IMG/VR virus record: IMGVR_UViG_3300035424_000203
Reading direction: 5' to 3' (one strand)
Length of the DNA: 64,000 bases
Origin: an uncultured virus (IMG/VR IMGVR_UViG_3300035424_000203)
Lineage: Duplodnaviria; Heunggongvirae; Uroviricota; Caudoviricetes
Part shown: positions 30,479 to 41,223 of the stretch, one piece after another
How the letters are laid out: the number at the start of each line of letters is the position of its first letter
Position numbering within the stretch: the stretch's first letter is position 1
Position numbers and translations under genes: made by a program
Notes under the pieces: model-generated
Databases searched by the model: none
What the model was told of the DNA's origin: nothing
What the model saw: only the letters and a program-made list of their open reading frames with translations

Positions 30479-30772
30479 GTGGATAATATGAAAGAAAAAT
30501 CAGCATGGGATAAATTCTTTGATGATACGGAAGATATTCAATGTATTTCTTGTTTAGATGCTTATGTTCTGAAATATGCTATTGATGGTTGTTGGGTACA
30601 AATAGACAGACATTCAAGCGATAAGGATAGCAAATTTACGCTTAGTATAAGGGGATATGATGAAAATGATAATCGCTTGTATGAAAGTGATTTTAGCAAG
30701 AAATGGAAGGGAAAGAATGTCTACAATCAGGCATTGGTTAAAAAGTTTGTAAGCGGATATTTCTTTCATTAA
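30479..30772 (+). CDS. Hypothetical protein
   Basis: Operon position. Confidence 0.6.
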   Translation: MDNMKEKSAWDKFFDDTEDIQCISCLDAYVLKYAIDGCWVQIDRHSSDKDSKFTLSIRGYDENDNRLYESDFSKKWKGKNVYNQALVKKFVSGYFFH

Positions 30773-30781
30773 GAAAAGAAG

Positions 30782-31294
30782 GTGGATATTATGGCAATTT
30801 TATTAACAAACGGAAAATACTACATAGCACACAATAGGACTGGTGCGGTAATTAAAGTGGCAGATATAGAGCAAGCGCAAGATTTTTATTCAGTAGAGAG
30901 GGCAATTAACCAAAGAAACAGAACTCCTGGGAAATGCGCCGGATATTATTATATAGATACAGAAAAGTATAAAGCAAAAATTAAGCGGAAAAATTATTCT
31001 AATGAAGAACGGAAAATCATATACAATAAATCTGGTGGACGGTGCGAGTTATGCGGTCAGCGGTTATTGTTTGTGGAAATGACTTTAGAGCATATTGTGC
31101 CTTTATCAATGGGCGGTGAGGATTCTATGGAAAATCTGCAAACGGCTTGTTATGCTTGTAATCAATTCAAGAGTAACATTCTCCCTGATGATTTTATGGA
31201 TAGGATTATTAAGATATTCCTATATCAAACGGAAAAGAAGTGTAGTAAGGATATGAAACTAAAAATCATACATAAATTGATGGAAGCGTTATAA
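30782..31294 (+). CDS. HNH endonuclease
   Basis: CELCG...EHIVPLSMGG...NLQTACYACN. Confidence 0.9.
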   Translation: MDIMAILLTNGKYYIAHNRTGAVIKVADIEQAQDFYSVERAINQRNRTPGKCAGYYYIDTEKYKAKIKRKNYSNEERKIIYNKSGGRCELCGQRLLFVEMTLEHIVPLSMGGEDSMENLQTACYACNQFKSNILPDDFMDRIIKIFLYQTEKKCSKDMKLKIIHKLMEAL

Positions 31295-31429
31295 TAAATA
31301 AGCCGTTATAGATGGAAATTTTCTGTCAGCATCAAAACAATAAAGTATGTACCCATAGAAAATGATTGAAAATTTAACGTAAAAAGAGTATACTATATTT
31401 AGAACATAATATAGAGATTGGAGGAACAT

Positions 31430-31663
31430 ATGGTGGCACCGAGGACAGATAAGCAAAAGGATAGTCAGGATGCTTATATGGAAAAATTGCAGGATATAAA
31501 GGTCAGAGTACCTAAAGAATATTATGATAAGATTAAATCTTGTGCAGAATCTAAAGGATTGAGTATAAATAAACTGGTAATTTCACTTTTGGAAAATGAA
31601 ATAGGCGAAAAGATATTATCAATAAGGGAAAAAAACAAACTTGTAAAGGATTCACCAGAATAG
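31430..31663 (+). CDS. Ribbon-helix-helix regulator
   Basis: QDIKVRVPKE...AESKGLSINKLV; operator copy upstream. Confidence 0.8.
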   Translation: MVAPRTDKQKDSQDAYMEKLQDIKVRVPKEYYDKIKSCAESKGLSINKLVISLLENEIGEKILSIREKNKLVKDSPE

Positions 31664-31675
31664 GAGTGATGCTCT

Positions 31676-32152
31676 ATGCGGAAATTAAAGGTATATTTAG
31701 ACACATCGGTTATCAGTTATCTTTCACAGGAAGATGCGCCGGAACGCATGAAGGACACATTGGAACTATGGAAAGATTTTGTCAATGGAAAATATGACGT
31801 ATATCTTTCTCAGGTAACATTGGATGAAATAGAGAAGTGTTCCGAAAGTAAAAGGAATAAACTGTATGACTATTTGAGTGATATTGAGTACACCAAACTG
31901 GAAATTAATGAGGAAATCGTGGAACTTGCACAGAAGATCATTGATATGGGTATATTAAGACCGAAGAGTTTTGATGATTGTCAGCATATTGCCGCCGCTG
32001 TTGTTAATGCTTGTGACTGTATCGTGTCATGGAATTTCAGGCATATTGTAAATATCAAGACGATTAGGGGCGTGAGAGCGATTACTAATCTGGAAGGTTA
32101 CAAGGGAATAGATATTATCAATCCATCTGTATTATTAGAAAGCGAGGGATGA
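31676..32152 (+). CDS. PIN-domain (VapC-like) ribonuclease toxin
   Basis: VYLDTSVIS...DDCQHIAAA...IVSWNFRH. Confidence 0.9.
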   Translation: MRKLKVYLDTSVISYLSQEDAPERMKDTLELWKDFVNGKYDVYLSQVTLDEIEKCSESKRNKLYDYLSDIEYTKLEINEEIVELAQKIIDMGILRPKSFDDCQHIAAAVVNACDCIVSWNFRHIVNIKTIRGVRAITNLEGYKGIDIINPSVLLESEG

Positions 32153-32346
32153 TTATGGAAGCATTGATTATTAGTCCTGATTTTACCATTGAGGATATTC
32201 ACAAGATCAGGGAACAGAACTATGAACGGACAAAAGATATGACAGTAGCGGAAAAAGTTGCATATTACAATAATTCCGGCAAAGAAGCAGAAAGAGAGAT
32301 TGAACGGAGAAGGGCATTAAAGCACAAAGCTGTAGCGAGTATGTAA
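32149..32346 (+). CDS. Small protein coupled to the PIN gene, candidate antitoxin
   Basis: ATGA overlap with the PIN gene; 65 aa. Confidence 0.6.
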   Translation: MIMEALIISPDFTIEDIHKIREQNYERTKDMTVAEKVAYYNNSGKEAEREIERRRALKHKAVASM

Positions 32347-32426
32347 AAAACTTAACATTTTGGAATCAGCCTAACTTGTTTAGTCGGAAAATCAAAATGT
32401 TAAATATGAAGGAAGCACCAACGGAT

Positions 32427-32714
32427 TTAATTATCTGAAGGTGCTTCTTTTGCGTTCTGCTGCCTATTATGAATTTCATGAGTGGCAGATTGTAAATACA
32501 TATTTCTCCATGACATTTTGATGGATTGTTGCTTTAGTTCACTGATCCGCTTGTCTAAATACTTTTCAAGTCTATTCATGAGCCATTGAGGGATAAATTT
32601 CTCTGGTATCCTCTGAACGATGGAAAATGCTATGTCTTCCAGTCTGCTATGTAGTTTATGGAAAAAATCTTTTATATGGTTACGGTCTTTAAGTTCTATG
32701 TCTATGATAATCAC
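32427..32714 (-). CDS. Hypothetical protein
   Basis: RBS ggag, 95 aa. Confidence 0.55.
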   Translation of the reverse strand: MIIIDIELKDRNHIKDFFHKLHSRLEDIAFSIVQRIPEKFIPQWLMNRLEKYLDKRISELKQQSIKMSWRNMYLQSATHEIHNRQQNAKEAPSDN

Positions 32715-32927
32715 TCCATTCTTTATCTATGTACATCTATATGATACCTTCCAAACGGAAAATATACAATATTTACTCTGAAAATTCAGCAAATTATTTT
32801 TTAAATAAAGGGTCAATTTTGTTGAAAAAAAGGGTATTTATTAGTAGGTGGAAATATTAAAATTCAACAAAGTTGAAAAGAAACCTAAAAATAAAAATTC
32901 GACAAAGTTGAAACGGAGGTTGTTAAT

Positions 32928-33803
32928 ATGTACGATTTGGAAAAATTTGAGAAGTCCATGATAGAAGAAGGGATTGCCGATGGAACAATTCACACTTACA
33001 TCTGCCATATAAAGGAGTATTTTGATTGGCTGTTAGGAAGTGGTGAGGTGGAATTTAAGCGTTTGTATAGACAGAACATTCTTGAATATATTTCATATTT
33101 GAAAAATATAAAGAAGACAGATTATAAAACAGGTGAAAATCATCCGTTGAGTGGAAAGACAATCAATCTGAAATTAGTATCTATTGCAAAGTACAATCGA
33201 ATTATGCAGCCGGACGAAATTGTTATTAAGAAGAAGGACTATATAAAAATACATGAAAATTTAGTCAATCCTACGGATATAACGAAGGAAGAAGTAAATA
33301 CATTCCGGCAGAAACTACTACAATCTGAAGGTTGCTCCAATGTACGCAATTACACTATCGCAACGCTGATAGCATATTCAGGACTTAGAATATCGGAGGT
33401 GTTGGATTTAAAGTTACAAGACATTTCCTATCAAACATATGTGATCTTAGTTAGGAATGGCAAAGGTGGAAAACAGAGAAGCGTTATTGTAAATAGCAAG
33501 GTCATCAATGCCATAAGAGAATATGTGAAAATCAGAAAGCCTGAGATTGAAAGTGAATATCTCTTTTGCAATAAGCAAGGAAAGAAATTGAACAGGTCAA
33601 CTATCAATATTGCTTTTGCTTCGGTTAGTGACAGGATTACACCACATACATTAAGACATTTTTATTGTAGTAATGCTATGGAAAGCGGATTATTTACGAT
33701 ACAAGAGATAGCGGCACAAGCTGGACACTCTTCTTTGAATACCACTATGAAGTATGTGCATCCAAACTTGGAAAAGATAAAAGAAAAAGCGGAATTATTG
33801 TAA
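32928..33803 (+). CDS. XerC/D-like tyrosine recombinase
   Basis: SGLRISE, GKGGKQR, HTLRH, AGHSS and TMKYVH. Confidence 0.92.
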   Translation: MYDLEKFEKSMIEEGIADGTIHTYICHIKEYFDWLLGSGEVEFKRLYRQNILEYISYLKNIKKTDYKTGENHPLSGKTINLKLVSIAKYNRIMQPDEIVIKKKDYIKIHENLVNPTDITKEEVNTFRQKLLQSEGCSNVRNYTIATLIAYSGLRISEVLDLKLQDISYQTYVILVRNGKGGKQRSVIVNSKVINAIREYVKIRKPEIESEYLFCNKQGKKLNRSTINIAFASVSDRITPHTLRHFYCSNAMESGLFTIQEIAAQAGHSSLNTTMKYVHPNLEKIKEKAELL

Positions 33804-33883
33804 AATTTTTATCATAAGTGGGGGAAAATCATTTCTAAAAAGGGTATTTAGTATATAGAAGCACATGAAAAGGAAGTGAATCA

Positions 33884-34114
33884 ATGAGAAGAGTAACACA
33901 CTATCGGCAAGGATATAAAATTGTAATCAATAACAAGTTCTATGAAGTATCAGACGGAAAGACAATCACACATTTTGGAGAGTTGCGGCATAAACCGACT
34001 TTACAGGAAGTGTGGAATAAGACCGTAGGATTGGAGCAGGAGGAAAGATTTTCAAATGGAAAAAGAACAAAAGCCTATAACAATATGGACTGTGTTGCAA
34101 ATTGTTGTAGGTAG
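33884..34114 (+). CDS. Hypothetical protein
   Basis: RBS; a conserved promoter-like motif lies upstream. Confidence 0.6.
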   Translation: MRRVTHYRQGYKIVINNKFYEVSDGKTITHFGELRHKPTLQEVWNKTVGLEQEERFSNGKRTKAYNNMDCVANCCR

Positions 34115-34168
34115 CATTATAGCAGCAGTATTGATTATTTACACATAAACGGATGGAGGATAAACAGC

Positions 34169-34378
34169 ATGAGTAATAACAACATGGATATGACAAATAA
34201 CGAGCTTTTTCACTTGGGTATGGAAGTAGGACGGAAACAGTTAGCGGATCACATTCAGCATCAATTCGAGATTGGCAAGCCGGTAGAAATTAATGGGGAA
34301 TTATATTGGTTAAAAGATGCAAAGCAGAATCTAATGGATATTATGGACGATATTCAAAGCGCATGGGATGAAGAATAG
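34169..34378 (+). CDS. Hypothetical protein
   Basis: RBS ggagg. Confidence 0.65.
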   Translation: MSNNNMDMTNNELFHLGMEVGRKQLADHIQHQFEIGKPVEINGELYWLKDAKQNLMDIMDDIQSAWDEE

Positions 34379-34482
34379 GCGTTAAGTGTATTTATTGTAG
34401 CATCATTACGGTATGCATTTAATCCAAAAGAACTAAGAAACTATTTATTCATAAAACCAAAAGAAAACGGAGGTAACATAAT

Positions 34483-34785
34483 ATGAGGAAAAGCATTTTT
34501 GAAGTCATCACGGAATATGGGATGGACGAAGGGGTAAATGATATGCTGATGGGGAATGAGGAATATGGGAAGATACGAGAAAAGGAAGAACTGCTGGCAA
34601 AAGAGTTTGAGAGTTTTGAATTGACGGAGGAACAGCGCCTGACAGTAGACAGGATCATATCATCCTGCAATGAAAGCGGTGCACTATGTGGGAAAATGAC
34701 ATACCAGCAAGGGTTCAGGGACTGTGCTGCACTGCTGGTAGAGATTGGCATGATTAAGGATGGAAAGATGGAGGAACAGGCGTAA
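34483..34785 (+). CDS. Small helical mobile-element protein
   Basis: RBS ggagg; C-terminal YQQGFRDC motif. Confidence 0.7.
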   Translation: MRKSIFEVITEYGMDEGVNDMLMGNEEYGKIREKEELLAKEFESFELTEEQRLTVDRIISSCNESGALCGKMTYQQGFRDCAALLVEIGMIKDGKMEEQA

Positions 34786-35138
34786 TGGAAAAATCAATAA
34801 GAATTAGAGATATAAACTTTAAAGATTTAGAAGTGGTAAAAAAGAAATGTCTTTGGATGAATAAAGATAAGGAAGCTATATGCCGCTATAAAAACTTGTA
34901 TTCAATTGGAGATATTTTACAAGATAGCCAATATTCTAATCTGTTTTTTGAAGTTACTTATTTTTCGCATGGCGGGTGCATTTGTTGGTTATGGAATGAT
35001 TTAGGAGTTTTTGCATTTCGTGTTGGACATGTGCCAAGCGATTATAAAATAGAACAGTTTTTGAGTATGATAGAAAATTATCCATTAGCTATTTTAAAAG
35101 CAAAAATAGAAGAGGATTCAGCTAATGACAACAGATAG
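34785..35138 (+). CDS. Hypothetical protein
   Basis: Translationally coupled to the upstream gene. Confidence 0.6.
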   Translation: MEKSIRIRDINFKDLEVVKKKCLWMNKDKEAICRYKNLYSIGDILQDSQYSNLFFEVTYFSHGGCICWLWNDLGVFAFRVGHVPSDYKIEQFLSMIENYPLAILKAKIEEDSANDNR

Positions 35139-35300
35139 ACAGATGGTATGCTTATATTACATATGCGCTGGACTATGTAAGAAGGGCAGGAAATCGGATC
35201 ATGCCCATTACTGCCAGTATTGCAATAAGTAAAGGTAAGATATAAAAATCAGAAGAAGGAAAAATTAGAGAAAATACGGAAGGAAGAGAGGTATTAGAGT

Positions 35301-35489
35301 ATGAATATAATTAATATAGAAGAAATCCGTGCAAGTGATAGGCTGAAAAAAGAAAAGTGCAGCGAAGCAAAGGCGGCAATAAGGGATATATTGCCAGATG
35401 GACAGAAAGGGAAGTTTGATAAGGCCTTTGATGATATTATGGGGAAGGCGCTTAAGGGGGTAATTGTGAAGGAGAAAGATGGTGGGTGA
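35301..35489 (+). CDS. Hypothetical protein
   Basis: RBS gaggt. Confidence 0.6.
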   Translation: MNIINIEEIRASDRLKKEKCSEAKAAIRDILPDGQKGKFDKAFDDIMGKALKGVIVKEKDGG

Positions 35490-35593
35490 TGGCCGTTGGG
35501 TATCCGATGTGTTGGAAAAATATTGATAATGGCTAAATAGTTGATGAAAAAGGTAATAGGTTTTCAGTTTGTGAAGATGGAGGAATCGGCATA

Positions 35594-35803
35594 ATGGGAA
35601 GAGGGAAACCGTCAATAGGGTCAATGAAGAAGCCAGTTAAAAAAACAATCAGCAAGCAGGATAGAAAAGACTTAAAGATTCTGGCTGACGATTTTGGTCT
35701 TTTGTACAGGGGAGATGTGCAGGACATTATCGAAACATGTAAAAGTTATTCGGAAGGACAACAGAAGATCATGAGAGTATACACAACAGTATATTTGAAC
35801 TGA
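35594..35803 (+). CDS. Hypothetical protein
   Basis: RBS ggagg. Confidence 0.6.
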   Translation: MGRGKPSIGSMKKPVKKTISKQDRKDLKILADDFGLLYRGDVQDIIETCKSYSEGQQKIMRVYTTVYLN

Positions 35804-35835
35804 TTGCAAGTTAATTATGTGATTATAGATGGAGT

Positions 35836-37146
35836 GTGAAAAGTATGGTTATAGAAAATAAAAATTGGTTAAATGAATTATACAGTTGGTTACATAGGGC
35901 ATATAGAAACAAAGAAGATTTTAATGAATTTTGTGCTTTTATGTCCGACTTTAAAAAATGTGGCATTACGTATAGCGAACTATGTGCGGCATTAAGACGT
36001 TCTAAAAAAGTAACAGAAGATATTATTGAGTTGTCGATATTAGGAAGGGAAAATAAATGTTACAAGTATAGAATTTCAGAAAAGACATATGATAATCTTT
36101 ACGAAAAATCTCTTAGATTTCTTTCCCATATTGATATAATGACATTTAAGGATTTTTTAGAAAGAAAAGATTGTACGGAATACAAAGAATTTGATGTTTT
36201 TGTATCAGATCAATATAAGACAATTTCATGTAGGACTATGGATTATGAACCAGAATATACAGGAGAAAACATTTCATTTTTTGGGAATGTTAAAAAGAAC
36301 AAAAGCATTAGAAAGTTTTGCAAAATGATTGATAATTTGAATGTCAAAGAAGTAAATATGTTTGATATTTTTGAAATGTACAGAAGTGTTTATGCTTGTG
36401 TATGGTGTAGGGGTAATAAGCACCGCATAAAGGAATTGATTATATATGACGCTGTAATATCCTTTTTCAAATATTCAGAAGTTAAAAGAAAACAAGTTAA
36501 ATTCTTTGATTTTTTGACTGTGGAGATTATGAAAAAATATATAATGGGGCATAAAAAGTTGGATGTTACTAAAATGTTTCCGCATGATGATTTATTACCT
36601 TGCCCGTTTTGTGGAAAAGAACCACATATTTATATGAAAACATTCTGGTTTGATCTTGTAGTAACTATTGAATGTGATGATTGTTTTCATGTCATGAGTA
36701 AGTATGTAATAGAATCAAACATATTAGACAAAGAAAACAGGTTTTATATAAATTCATTTAAGGAAGTAATTGATGCGCTTGTTGAGAAATGGAATCGCCG
36801 CATAAAGAATGATGATATGTGGCTTGATGATGAAACATTACCTGAAGAACTTCCAGAATGTGAGCCTGATATGCCATCTAAAATTACATATGCAAACGGT
36901 TTGAAACGTTGTCCGTTTTGTGGAGCAAAGGCAGGATTCTTAAAAAAGAATAGTTCAGAGGGAAGGGATGGAAAAAGAGATCCAGATGGAATTAAGACGA
37001 TAAAGGTTGTATGCAGTAAAGGATGTTTTTCAGCTTCACATTTTGGAACACCTGAAAGAACACCTGATAAGGATACTATTGGATATATGGCTTATAGATG
37101 GAATCAGAGATATTATGGTGAGAACAAAAACAAGAATTCAGCATAA
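35836..37146 (+). CDS. Protein with two Lar (restriction-alleviation)-like zinc-ribbon domains
   Basis: LLPCPFCG...ECDDC...KWNRR and LKRCPFCG...VCSKGC...RWNQR. Confidence 0.75.
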   Translation: MKSMVIENKNWLNELYSWLHRAYRNKEDFNEFCAFMSDFKKCGITYSELCAALRRSKKVTEDIIELSILGRENKCYKYRISEKTYDNLYEKSLRFLSHIDIMTFKDFLERKDCTEYKEFDVFVSDQYKTISCRTMDYEPEYTGENISFFGNVKKNKSIRKFCKMIDNLNVKEVNMFDIFEMYRSVYACVWCRGNKHRIKELIIYDAVISFFKYSEVKRKQVKFFDFLTVEIMKKYIMGHKKLDVTKMFPHDDLLPCPFCGKEPHIYMKTFWFDLVVTIECDDCFHVMSKYVIESNILDKENRFYINSFKEVIDALVEKWNRRIKNDDMWLDDETLPEELPECEPDMPSKITYANGLKRCPFCGAKAGFLKKNSSEGRDGKRDPDGIKTIKVVCSKGCFSASHFGTPERTPDKDTIGYMAYRWNQRYYGENKNKNSA

Positions 37147-37181
37147 AATTGAAGAAAATAAGGAAGAGAGGTATTAGAGCA

Positions 37182-37736
37182 ATGAATGTAGATAATTTTA
37201 AGTTAAACAATGTTTTTGAGCATTATGCAAAAGTATATATGACAAAACCTGCAATTGCTGCTAAATATCAGCCATGAATGGAAAACGGCTTTTGCGTACA
37301 TTACAGCAATTTGGAAACAAAGAAAGATGAAACTATGAGATTTGAAGGAATTAGATTCTTTCCAAGTGAAGCGGATGCATGGGATTTTATCAACAAGAAC
37401 GAAAAACAGTATGCTATGGAAAATGGTAAACTGATTGAAACGGAAGTAATCTATGATGTACCAGAGCCAGTATTATATCGGAAAGATGATAATGCGAAGG
37501 AATTGGACGGTATTCACTTCTGTTTTGGGAAACATGCTTTTATCTCTGATGAATCAGAAGATTACGAATTTTACATATTGAATAGTCATTGTGATAATGA
37601 TGTATGGATTATACAGGATATGAACGGCTCTATCCGTGTATGGGATAATACTTCAGATGAATTGTTTTTCGGTAAGGAAAAGGATATTGTGTATGAAAAG
37701 ACGAGCGAAGGGGAATATCTGCAAGTTGCGGTGTGA
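37182..37736 (+). pseudogene. Hypothetical gene with an in-frame TGA
   Basis: ATG at 37182 with an RBS, 31 codons, TGA at 37275-37277, then ORF 37278..37736 in the same frame. Confidence 0.6.
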
Positions 37737-38828
37737 GTGTGGATAAAAAATTAACATTTTACATATAGTAAAGTATCAAGATTAGTGGTATAATGCAGTT
37801 GTTAGGTTTTTATATTTGGTATCATAGGCTGATTACCTATTGATATATTTGATTGATTTGGGGAGAGGTCATAGCTTCGGTTATGGCTTCTCCTATTTTT
37901 TTGTGTTTATATGGTATGTTGGAATTGATATGTAAAAGTCTGTGTATCAGTTTTGCATAGTTCGGTAGTGTTCGAGAAATTTAATTGTAAATGCTTGAAA
38001 CATAGGAAAATTAAGGATTTTTGTGCGGTTGGTTTAAATTGAATGCTGCTAGAGTGAAGAAAAATGTTTGATTTTTTGGATTGTTCGGTGGAGTGGTACA
38101 AATATTGTGATCTGATAAGCAAGAATGTGTTAAAAATACTGTATTTTCAATGATTTTCTCGTTTTGTGACTGCTGATAATGGGAACCTAAGATACAGCAA
38201 AATACCCTAAAATTGGGGTATCGGTATTAGGTTCGTGTTTGCATTGGTTTATAGCATGAAATTATAGTTAGTNNNNNNNNNNNNNNNNNNNNNNNNNNNN
38301 NNNNNATATAGAAATATATAAAGAAAAAAGTATATATTTTGTGGTAGGAATGATGAAAAGTGCTGAAAAGATAGGATTTTCAAGGGTTTTGAGGTAATGT
38401 TATTATGGAAAATTAATTATTCTGGTTGAGTTCGGAAATGATTAGAAATAATTAGATTAAAATAATTCAATAATATTTCCATTATATTGAAAAAAGTATT
38501 CTATATTCATAAACACTACCAATATCACAAATACAATATCTAGTGTCTGCATAAAAAATTTCATACCATATATTGACAAACTTCAAAAGCTGTGCTATCA
38601 TCACAAGCATACATAAGGAAGAATTATCAGATATACACTCGATTACAGCGAAGGATAACATACTAAACTTAGGACAAAAGACAAAGTATTGTTATTATTG
38701 TGCGTTTTTGGGTGTTTTTATTGGACTTTGAAGAAAGAATATATTATGGCGAAAATGCATCGGTTGGATGGGCGATAGATGACACAATTTGTATAACAAA
38801 ATTTAAAGAATATGAGGTGAAATGATTA

Positions 38829-39590
38829 ATGCAAATATATTGTTCATATAACCAAGAGTTACATGATTTTTTGAATAAAGTAGTTGGGCTAATCTTAGAT
38901 AAGTATGGGGCAATGCTTAATTTAGATACATTAGAAGAAATCGAATTGATTGATAAAAAAGAATTACCATATGAAACTGATGGGAAAGTACTTAGTAAAA
39001 GTAAAATTATTATTACTTCCAGGCTATATGAATTGCTTCCAACTTTAGAAATAGATAATTTAAGTAATAATGATGATTATGCAATGTTGAGAAAGACGTT
39101 ATATCATGAAATGGGGCATATAAATGATATGATGTTTATGCCTAAGCTTTATAATTGTGTATTAGTAGATTTTGAAAATAGAAATGTTAATGCAGATAGT
39201 ATATCAGCATTATTTTGGCTTGAATATCTCGCTGAGAAAAGAACAGCATTTTTTGAAAATGTATATAATTTGGAGATCTGTGATGAATTTGTAAAAAGGA
39301 AATGGCATTGCTCGATGATTGATCCATATGCACATTATGGTGAAAAGAATTTTTATTATCTGACAAAATTACTACCATATTTCATGGCAAGAACGAATCG
39401 GCAAGATTTACGACAGCAATATTTGAATCAGATTGAAAATAGGCTTTTACTTGAATACATAAATGAAATTGATACTGAGATAAGATTTCTGGAAGATAAG
39501 GAAATGTTTGATAATTTAGAGATTTTGAGAGGGGTGAATGAAATAATAAATAACTATTGTAAAAATCTTGTGAACAAATATAGAAGATAA
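38829..39590 (+). CDS. HExxH zincin-like protein
   Basis: LYHEMGHIND...EYLAE. Confidence 0.65.
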   Translation: MQIYCSYNQELHDFLNKVVGLILDKYGAMLNLDTLEEIELIDKKELPYETDGKVLSKSKIIITSRLYELLPTLEIDNLSNNDDYAMLRKTLYHEMGHINDMMFMPKLYNCVLVDFENRNVNADSISALFWLEYLAEKRTAFFENVYNLEICDEFVKRKWHCSMIDPYAHYGEKNFYYLTKLLPYFMARTNRQDLRQQYLNQIENRLLLEYINEIDTEIRFLEDKEMFDNLEILRGVNEIINNYCKNLVNKYRR

Positions 39591-39938
39591 GAAGATGTGT
39601 TTTTGGTGATGTGGTATAGTTGTATATAAAATTAATTTTGTCCGTCTTATCTCAAATAACAACAAATGGTTGCTGATTATTGGATACAAATATATCACTA
39701 TGATATGTGATTTGCTTAATAATTCAATGTAATTATAGTTGACATCGTTTCATGTATGTTTTAGATAATAGCACAATTGATACTTTAAAAATATTTTTTA
39801 TTTGAAATTTATATTAAATTTTAATGATTCAATAAATGGGTAAAATGAAAAGATAACTTCCACCTTGTAAGGATAACTTCCATGGCCAGGAGAAGAAGGG
39901 GTGGAATTTAGTTTTGCAAATCACCGATTTAATATATG

Positions 39939-39990
39939 GGTGAATTATTTTCAACTTTTTGTTGACTTATTTTCAACAAGGTGATATTAT
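39939..39990 (+). promoter_or_regulatory. Repressor promoter with two palindromic operators
   Basis: G(T/G)TGA-N7-TCAAC at 39939 and 39961; TTGACT-17-TATTAT. Confidence 0.7.
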
Positions 39991-40010
39991 ATCATATGAG
40001 GAGGTAAGAT

Positions 40011-40472
40011 ATGGAAACTATATATGAAAATATTAAAATGTTGCGCGAAAGTAAAGGGCTGTCACAAGATGCTCTTGCAGAACTTACAGGTTATACAAGT
40101 CGTTCTTCTATTGCAAAAATAGAAAAAGGATTAGTTGATTTACCACAATCTAAAATTATTGCTTTTGCCAAAGCTCTAGGAGTTACACCTATTGAATTAA
40201 TGGGGGTAAAAGAGAATCTTCAATTTGGTAATGCATATTTTGATGATTATGAATATACATTAGAAGAATTAGGTGTGATAAAAAAATTTGCTGAATTTAT
40301 AAGAAGTAATCGTAAAAAAGAAATACCAAAACAAAGATTTACTGATGTGAAGGAAGCTGTAGATTATTTAAAACATGAAACGTCTACTATTGCTGCTTTC
40401 AATGGTGATACTGCAAATGAAGAAGTAATATTGCAAATGGCAAATGCTATATACTCGAATCGAAAAAAGTAA
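40011..40472 (+). CDS. ImmR/CI-like XRE repressor
   Basis: LRESKGLSQDALAELTGYTSRSSIAKIEKG...ELMG. Confidence 0.9.
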   Translation: METIYENIKMLRESKGLSQDALAELTGYTSRSSIAKIEKGLVDLPQSKIIAFAKALGVTPIELMGVKENLQFGNAYFDDYEYTLEELGVIKKFAEFIRSNRKKEIPKQRFTDVKEAVDYLKHETSTIAAFNGDTANEEVILQMANAIYSNRKK

Positions 40473-40498
40473 ATAGAAATTCAAAAGGGGATATTCGT

Positions 40499-40954
40499 AT
40501 GAATGCTAATCCAAATACACAGAAAGAAATAAAACAAATTGTGGCCATTTTATTAAATAAGTATCATAATCGTGATCCATTTTTTATCGCAAGAAGTATT
40601 GGTATCGAATGTACCTTGTTAGATTTTAATGGAGAACTACCAGCTTTTTCAGAGCGGAGAAATGTTGATGATCGAGGTCGTATTTATATTAATCAAAAAT
40701 ATGGATCATATGCTAGGAAAATTCTTTGTGGTCACGAACTTGGACATTTGTGTTTGCATGGTGATTATAAAGATACTTTTTTCGATTCAGATATAGAACC
40801 TATAAAAGAGTATGAAGCAAATTATTTCGCAGTAATGTTGATGCCTTATATTATTTCAAACAAAACTATATTACATTTTTCTATTGAGGCTTTTAATAGA
40901 TATATGGTTCATCGCGTAAATTATGCAGAGCGGTTTGATATAATTAAATTATAA
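40499..40954 (+). CDS. ImmA/IrrE-family metallopeptidase (anti-repressor)
   Basis: RDPFFIA...HELGHLCLH...EYEANYFA. Confidence 0.9.
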   Translation: MNANPNTQKEIKQIVAILLNKYHNRDPFFIARSIGIECTLLDFNGELPAFSERRNVDDRGRIYINQKYGSYARKILCGHELGHLCLHGDYKDTFFDSDIEPIKEYEANYFAVMLMPYIISNKTILHFSIEAFNRYMVHRVNYAERFDIIKL

Positions 40955-41044
40955 GATTCTTTGAGTAGGAAAAAATTTGGTTTAAGGGAGTCTAAACGGA
41001 TAATATACCAGTTACTGGACATATAGAAGAAAGGAGCTGGTGTT

Positions 41045-41128
41045 ATGGTTACTTATTCGGTTTTAATTCAGTTTGTAATTATGCTTTGCGCAGTCATAAC
41101 TTTGGTTATAATTAGTAGTAAAAAGTAG
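41045..41128 (+). CDS. Putative type I TA holin-like toxin (27 aa, not in the ORF track)
   Basis: MVTYSVLIQFVIMLCAVITLVIISSKK with RBS aaggag; a convergent promoter lies downstream. Confidence 0.75.
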   Translation: MVTYSVLIQFVIMLCAVITLVIISSKK

Positions 41129-41223
41129 TGCCTGCTGTCTGGTAAACTAAGGCACTACTTTAATGAAGTTACATTTGTCAATAACTAGTATATTTTAGTT
41201 TTGACTCTCTTATTATCAAATAT

